A stretch of 64,000 nucleotides of DNA from an uncultured delta proteobacterium (GTDB taxonomy: Bacteria; Desulfobacterota; Binatia; Binatales; Binataceae), in the NCBI GenBank assembly GCA_963765675.1, contig CAVXXK010000001.1, positions 1,504,001 to 1,568,000 on the forward strand. Direction: 5' to 3'. Under the pieces are notes generated by a model. The model ran no database searches. It saw nothing but the letters and a program-made list of their open reading frames with translations, and had not been told where the DNA came from. Shown here piece after piece: positions 59,450-64,000 of the stretch. Position 1 is the stretch's first letter, and each line of letters starts with the position of its first letter. A program made the position numbers and the translations under genes.

Positions 59450-60385
59450 CTTACTCGGCTCCTCTCATCACGGTCGTAACGATCACTACTGCTTATTCGA
59501 TCAACGTTACACAAATTTAATGCTACCACAAGATGAGGCATCGCATATCGCGAATAGATATGCACAGAAATTCTCATGGTATATTTCCCAGTACGGATCG
59601 TTGCTCTGACTTGAGTGAAGAACCACAAATCAACTGCAACTGAGATCGTCCGATACTTCGTTCGAGTTGCGCGTGCCGAGGTGTTGAGCGCGTCGCTCGC
59701 GAGATGATTCGCCGCCCGCAATCACAATTGAACGTGCGAGGATTGACGCTCAAATTTTTAAACGGCATCGGTCACGATTTTTGAGCTATTCCAATCGCGA
59801 CCCGGCCGGCAACGTGCCGGGAGTTTTTGCAATGCGCAACGCTGCATGCTGGAAGATTCGGCGCCGGTCCGATCAGTGATCATCGGCGGGAGGCGACGCG
59901 ATCGAGGACTATGAATGTCAGCGGTCTCCTAGCGCTTCCAACGATCGCGGGCTCGTCCGTAATGCTTTAAAACGTGGCAAAAGCCTCACAATTGGGCGGC
60001 AGTATCGGCAGGAAGAGAGTGCATCCACAGATGAACAATCGTTAACATTCGTTCGTCCGGCGCGTTAACGGCAGCTTCAGGGCGCGTACCAAAGGAAACC
60101 GCGTGGGCTGAGCACGCGGATTGCTATTGGAAATAACAATCCAAATGTGAATAGTCTTCGGTTACGAATTCCTGTGAACACTGAGTTAAGTCTCTCGGAC
60201 AAGAATGGCTCCGGAGCTATTTTTACAACTACCTCAATGGTAGAATTTTCGAAGCTTTCAGAGGTGCGCTGTCTAACCTGCCCGTCCGATTTATTCCCGC
60301 CGACACAATACGGAGTTAGTGCCACCGGAGCGTGCCGCGCGTTCGGAAGTCCAGGAAGACTTGGAGCAGCGCCGGGGAGAAGTTA

Positions 60386-60673
60386 ATGGGTCGCAGACTG
60401 TATGTTGGGAATCTAGCTTGGACGGTGACCGATCAGGATCTGCAGGAAGCGTTTTCGGAGGCGGGTGCAGTCGATAGTTCGCAGGTGATTATCGACCGCG
60501 CAACGAATCGCTCTCGCGGATTCGGCTTCGTTGAGATGGCTACGGATGAAGCGGCCGAAGCCGCGATCAAAAATCTCAACGGACGCGACATCAAGGGACG
60601 CCCGATTCGTGTGAACGAGGCGCAAGCGCGCAGCAACGATCGCGGCGCGCGGCCCAGCCAGCGCGATCGCTAG
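60386..60673 (+). CDS. RRM (RNP) RNA-binding protein
   Basis: RNP2 LYVGNL and RNP1 RGFGFVEM; GGAG RBS. Confidence 0.93.
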   Translation: MGRRLYVGNLAWTVTDQDLQEAFSEAGAVDSSQVIIDRATNRSRGFGFVEMATDEAAEAAIKNLNGRDIKGRPIRVNEAQARSNDRGARPSQRDR

Positions 60674-60856
60674 GAGCCGGCCGGCACGGCGCGACTGGCT
60701 ATCGCGCGCGTCCCGCAGACCTCGCCCGATTTGCGTATCGCGCCAAAGTTCAGGCTTTGGCGAATCGATGAGGCCGTGTCATAAGCCATTCATCCGCGGA
60801 ACTACGCGTACGATTCCCGATGGAGCAGCAGCGCGGCCTGGGTTAAGCTTTGATCT

Positions 60857-61792
60857 GTGGATTTTGTAACTATTGAAGCCCAGAGCGAACGCGTCGTCAT
60901 CGCCCCGGAACTCGGATGCCAATGCTTCGGCTACCGAGTCGGAGCGCTCGAGATAATCACCGTGCCGCCAAGCGTCGAAGCACTGCGAGAACATCCGTTT
61001 CGCAGCGGTATTCCGATCTTGTTTCCGTGGCCAGGCCGCGTCGCGCATGGCAAGTTCGACTTCGACGGACGCGAGCTCGTATTGCCGATCAATGAGCCCG
61101 CGCACGGCAGTGCGATTCATGGACTTACTTGGAATTGCGCATTTCGGGTGGCCAAGCGAGGGCCATACTACGCATTGATGGAGCTCGACTCCGCGTCCGA
61201 CGCGAATCTCTCGCGCCTGTGGCCGTACGCATTCGTATTCGAAATTGACTACGAGGTCGGCGACGGACTGCGCGTCAAATTCCGCGTGCGCAATTCCGGC
61301 AAGTCCGAGATGCCATTTGGATTCGGCGCGCATCCTTACTTCAATGCTCCGCTCGGCAAAGGCGGTGCGCGCGAGTCGCTAACCTTGCAGATGCCGGCCG
61401 CGCCGGCGCGCTGGCCGCTCGACGCCTCGTTGATTCCAACCGGCGCGCCGCAGCCAGTCGAGGGCAAGTTCGATCTGCGCCAGCCGCGCGTTCTGGGCGC
61501 CGAGACCTACGACGACGTATTCAAGCTCGATCCGGCGCGCGATCCGTCGGCACCGTGCGCACGGATGGTCGATCCTGCCGCGCGCCTCGCGATTGAGGTG
61601 CGGGCCGACGCGCCGTTCGAGGATTTTGTGATCTTCGCTCCGCCGGGAAATCCCGTGGTCGCGATGGAGCCGTACACCTGCGCGCCCGACACGTTCAATC
61701 TTTCGGCGCGCGGGGTCGAGTCGGGAATGCGCCGGCTCGCGCCCGGCGCCACTTTCGAGGCCGGTTTCGAGATTCGCGTCGCCGCCCCGTGA
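60857..61792 (+). CDS. Aldose 1-epimerase family protein
   Basis: GIPILFPWPGRV, IHG, GFGAHPYF, YDD and EPYT. Confidence 0.88.
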   Translation: MDFVTIEAQSERVVIAPELGCQCFGYRVGALEIITVPPSVEALREHPFRSGIPILFPWPGRVAHGKFDFDGRELVLPINEPAHGSAIHGLTWNCAFRVAKRGPYYALMELDSASDANLSRLWPYAFVFEIDYEVGDGLRVKFRVRNSGKSEMPFGFGAHPYFNAPLGKGGARESLTLQMPAAPARWPLDASLIPTGAPQPVEGKFDLRQPRVLGAETYDDVFKLDPARDPSAPCARMVDPAARLAIEVRADAPFEDFVIFAPPGNPVVAMEPYTCAPDTFNLSARGVESGMRRLAPGATFEAGFEIRVAAP

Positions 61793-61796
61793 TTCG

Positions 61797-62993
61797 CTAA
61801 TTCAGCTTCTTTAAGAATTCCGCGATACGGTCGAACGCGCGATTTAGATTATCGCGCGACGCGGCATAGGAAATCCGCACGTGATTCGGCGCGCCGAAAT
61901 CGTTGCCGCCGACCATCGCGACCTTCGCCTCGTCCAGCGCGATCGTGGCGAATGAGTCACCATGCTCGATCTTTTTTCCGCCGCACGATTTTCCGATCAG
62001 ATTTGAGATGTTCGGAAAGGCATAGAACGCACCCTGCGGAACCTGCGGCAGCCGAAATCCCGGCAACGCGCGCACCCGCTCGACCACCAGCGAGCGCCGC
62101 GCGCGAAACTCTTCGGCCATCGCGCGCACGTCGTCCTGCGGACCGGTCAGCGCTTCAATCGCGGCGAACTGCGTGATCGAGTTTGGATTGCCGCTGTTCT
62201 GGCCCTGCAATCTTGCGGCGGCCGCGATCGCCTCTTTGGGGCCGGCGGCGAATCCGATGCGCCATCCGGTCATCGCGTAGGTCTTCGATAGCGAATTGAA
62301 GACAATCCCCTTTGAACGCAGGCGCGGCTCGACGGTAAAGATGTGCGCGGGCAGTCCGTCGTACGAGATGTGCTCGTACACGTCGTCCGAGAGCACCCAC
62401 ATGTCGGCGTCGAGCGCCACCTTCGCGATCTCGGCCAGATGGCTCGCGCTATAAACCGCGCCGGTCGGATTGGACGGCGAGTTCAGGATGATCGCGCGCG
62501 TGCGTGGCGTGATCGCTTTTTTCAGCTCGGCGGGACCGAGCAGAAATCCGTTACCCTCCGGGCACGGCACCAGCACCGGCGTCGCGCCCGACAGGCCAAC
62601 CATCGCGGCCAGGCTGACCCACGCCGGAGTCGGGATGATCACCTCGTCGCCCTCGTCGAACAGCGCGGCGATCACATTCGCCTCGGCCTGCTTGCATCCC
62701 GCGGTCGCGACGATTTCGCTGATTTCGTAGTCGAGCTGGTTGTCGCGCTTGAGCTTGAGCGCGATCGCCTTCTTTAAGTCGGTGATTCCGCTGACCGTGG
62801 TGTATTTCGTACGGCCCTGTTCCAGCGCGCGTCGCGCCGCGGCCTTGATCCGCTCGGGGGTGTCGAAGTCGGGCTCGCCCGCGGCGAGCGAGATAACGTC
62901 GATGCCCTTTTCCTTCATCTCGGTCGCGCGCGCCTCCGCGGCCATCGTGGCGGACGGTTTGAGCGCTGCGATTCTACGGTTGAGTTTGATCAT
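61797..62993 (-). CDS. PLP-dependent aminotransferase class I (aspartate aminotransferase-like)
   Basis: GEPDFDTP, NSPSNPTG, SDDVY and SLSKTYAMTGWRIG. Confidence 0.92.
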   Translation of the reverse strand: MIKLNRRIAALKPSATMAAEARATEMKEKGIDVISLAAGEPDFDTPERIKAAARRALEQGRTKYTTVSGITDLKKAIALKLKRDNQLDYEISEIVATAGCKQAEANVIAALFDEGDEVIIPTPAWVSLAAMVGLSGATPVLVPCPEGNGFLLGPAELKKAITPRTRAIILNSPSNPTGAVYSASHLAEIAKVALDADMWVLSDDVYEHISYDGLPAHIFTVEPRLRSKGIVFNSLSKTYAMTGWRIGFAAGPKEAIAAAARLQGQNSGNPNSITQFAAIEALTGPQDDVRAMAEEFRARRSLVVERVRALPGFRLPQVPQGAFYAFPNISNLIGKSCGGKKIEHGDSFATIALDEAKVAMVGGNDFGAPNHVRISYAASRDNLNRAFDRIAEFLKKLN

Positions 62994-63125
62994 GTTGGTT
63001 TGTCCGGACGAACCCGTCGCGGCGCACACGAGCGCCGCGACGCGAATGGATCACGATGATTGTAGCGATCACGCGAGCGCGAAAAAACCGCCGCGAGAGT
63101 TTTCCGTCTTCGCGTGTCGGCGAAA

Positions 63126-63641
63126 TTAGTCGACGCCCAACTTCTTGCGCAACCGCGCCATCACCATCTCCGGCACCAGTTCCGGAACGCGTTTGCCGTA
63201 CCCGGCGACTTCCTTGATCAGCCGCGACGCACTGAAGAACAGGCTCGGATTGGCGAACAGAAAAACCGTCTCGACCGCGGGATTCATCAGCCGGTTCATC
63301 TGCGCCATGTTCATTTCATAGTCGAAGTCGGTTACTGCGCGCAGGCTCCGGAGAATCGCGCGCGCGCCGATGCCCTGTGCGTAATCGACCACCGGGCCAC
63401 TGAACTTATCCACCCGCGCTCGCGGTTCGAGGTCGTGAATCACTCCGCGAATCATCTCGACTCTTTCGTCGGGATCGAACAGCGCCGAGTCCTTGTGCGG
63501 GTTATATGCGACCGCGACGATGACCTCGTCGAACAGCAGGACACTTCGCCGGATCACGTCGATATGCCCATTGTGAATCGGGTCAAAGGTGCCCGGATAT
63601 ACCGCGATTGAAGAGGCATGTCCCGCAGGTTTGCTACTCAT
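63126..63641 (-). CDS. coaD: Phosphopantetheine adenylyltransferase
   Basis: YPGTFDPIHNGH, LRAVTDFDYE and ETVF. Confidence 0.95.
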   Translation of the reverse strand: MSSKPAGHASSIAVYPGTFDPIHNGHIDVIRRSVLLFDEVIVAVAYNPHKDSALFDPDERVEMIRGVIHDLEPRARVDKFSGPVVDYAQGIGARAILRSLRAVTDFDYEMNMAQMNRLMNPAVETVFLFANPSLFFSASRLIKEVAGYGKRVPELVPEMVMARLRKKLGVD

Positions 63642-63647
63642 CGGAAA

Positions 63648-64000
63648 CTATCTGCTCCCACTCGGCGTCGCTTCGGATCGCCGGTAAAAGGCGATTCGAT
63701 GATCGCCCAGATTTGCGATATTGGCGCGCTCGAGACCCGCAGGTGCCTCGGGCGCCGCGGCCGCGCGCTTGGATTGTCCGATGACAATCCATCCGCCCTC
63801 GGCAGCAAGTCCGCGGCTGGCAATTCGTTCCAGCACCGGACCGCTAAGGTCGTTCTTGAATGGCGCGTCGATGAAGATGAGGTGGAAGCTCGCGCCGGCC
63901 GCGCCGAGGTCATCGAGGGCGCGAAACACGTCAGCGACGATGATGCGCGCCCGTTCCGCCAGTCCTAGCGCCGCTAAATTCGCGCTGATTGCGGCCACTG
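63648..64000 (-). CDS. rsmD: 16S rRNA m2G966 methyltransferase, C-terminal part (gene starts beyond the window)
   Basis: I.ANL..L, FHLIFIDAPF (DPPY-like), and the conserved position upstream of coaD. Confidence 0.8.
   Translation of the reverse strand, partial: VAAISANLAALGLAERARIIVADVFRALDDLGAAGASFHLIFIDAPFKNDLSGPVLERIASRGLAAEGGWIVIGQSKRAAAAPEAPAGLERANIANLGDHRIAFYRRSEATPSGSR

Overview
A GC-rich, gene-dense 64-kb bacterial chromosomal segment. Gene content resembles Candidatus Binatota or related lineages (inference only). It runs from the 3' end of recN to the 3' part of rsmD. It contains tRNA-Ala(GGC), a BisC/TorZ-type molybdoenzyme, a pqqABCDE operon whose pqqA is missing from the ORF track, a DUF748 protein, a single-chain acyl-CoA carboxylase, a type III PKS/FAD-oxidoreductase pair with a divergent ABC exporter, ppk1, and a coxMSL-like catabolic operon. 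It also has an OPT transporter, a TacAT-like toxin-antitoxin pair, a dpp-like ABC transporter, an lvaAB-like pair, mtnA, an RRM protein, an aminotransferase and coaD. Main points for follow-up: (1) an exported rhodanese with an in-frame UGA in the active-site loop and a SECIS-like hairpin, a probable selenoprotein; (2) a ppx-tmk-like-tmk-like-CHAD-sixA polyphosphate operon whose two divergent 'thymidylate kinases' may form a heteromeric polyP kinase; (3) a 50-aa PqqA with a long C-terminal tail; (4) a candidate nucleoid-associated protein; (5) a nested REP-like palindrome. Four +1 frameshifts in otherwise intact genes are probably sequencing errors. No CRISPR array, rRNA, transposase or integrase was seen.
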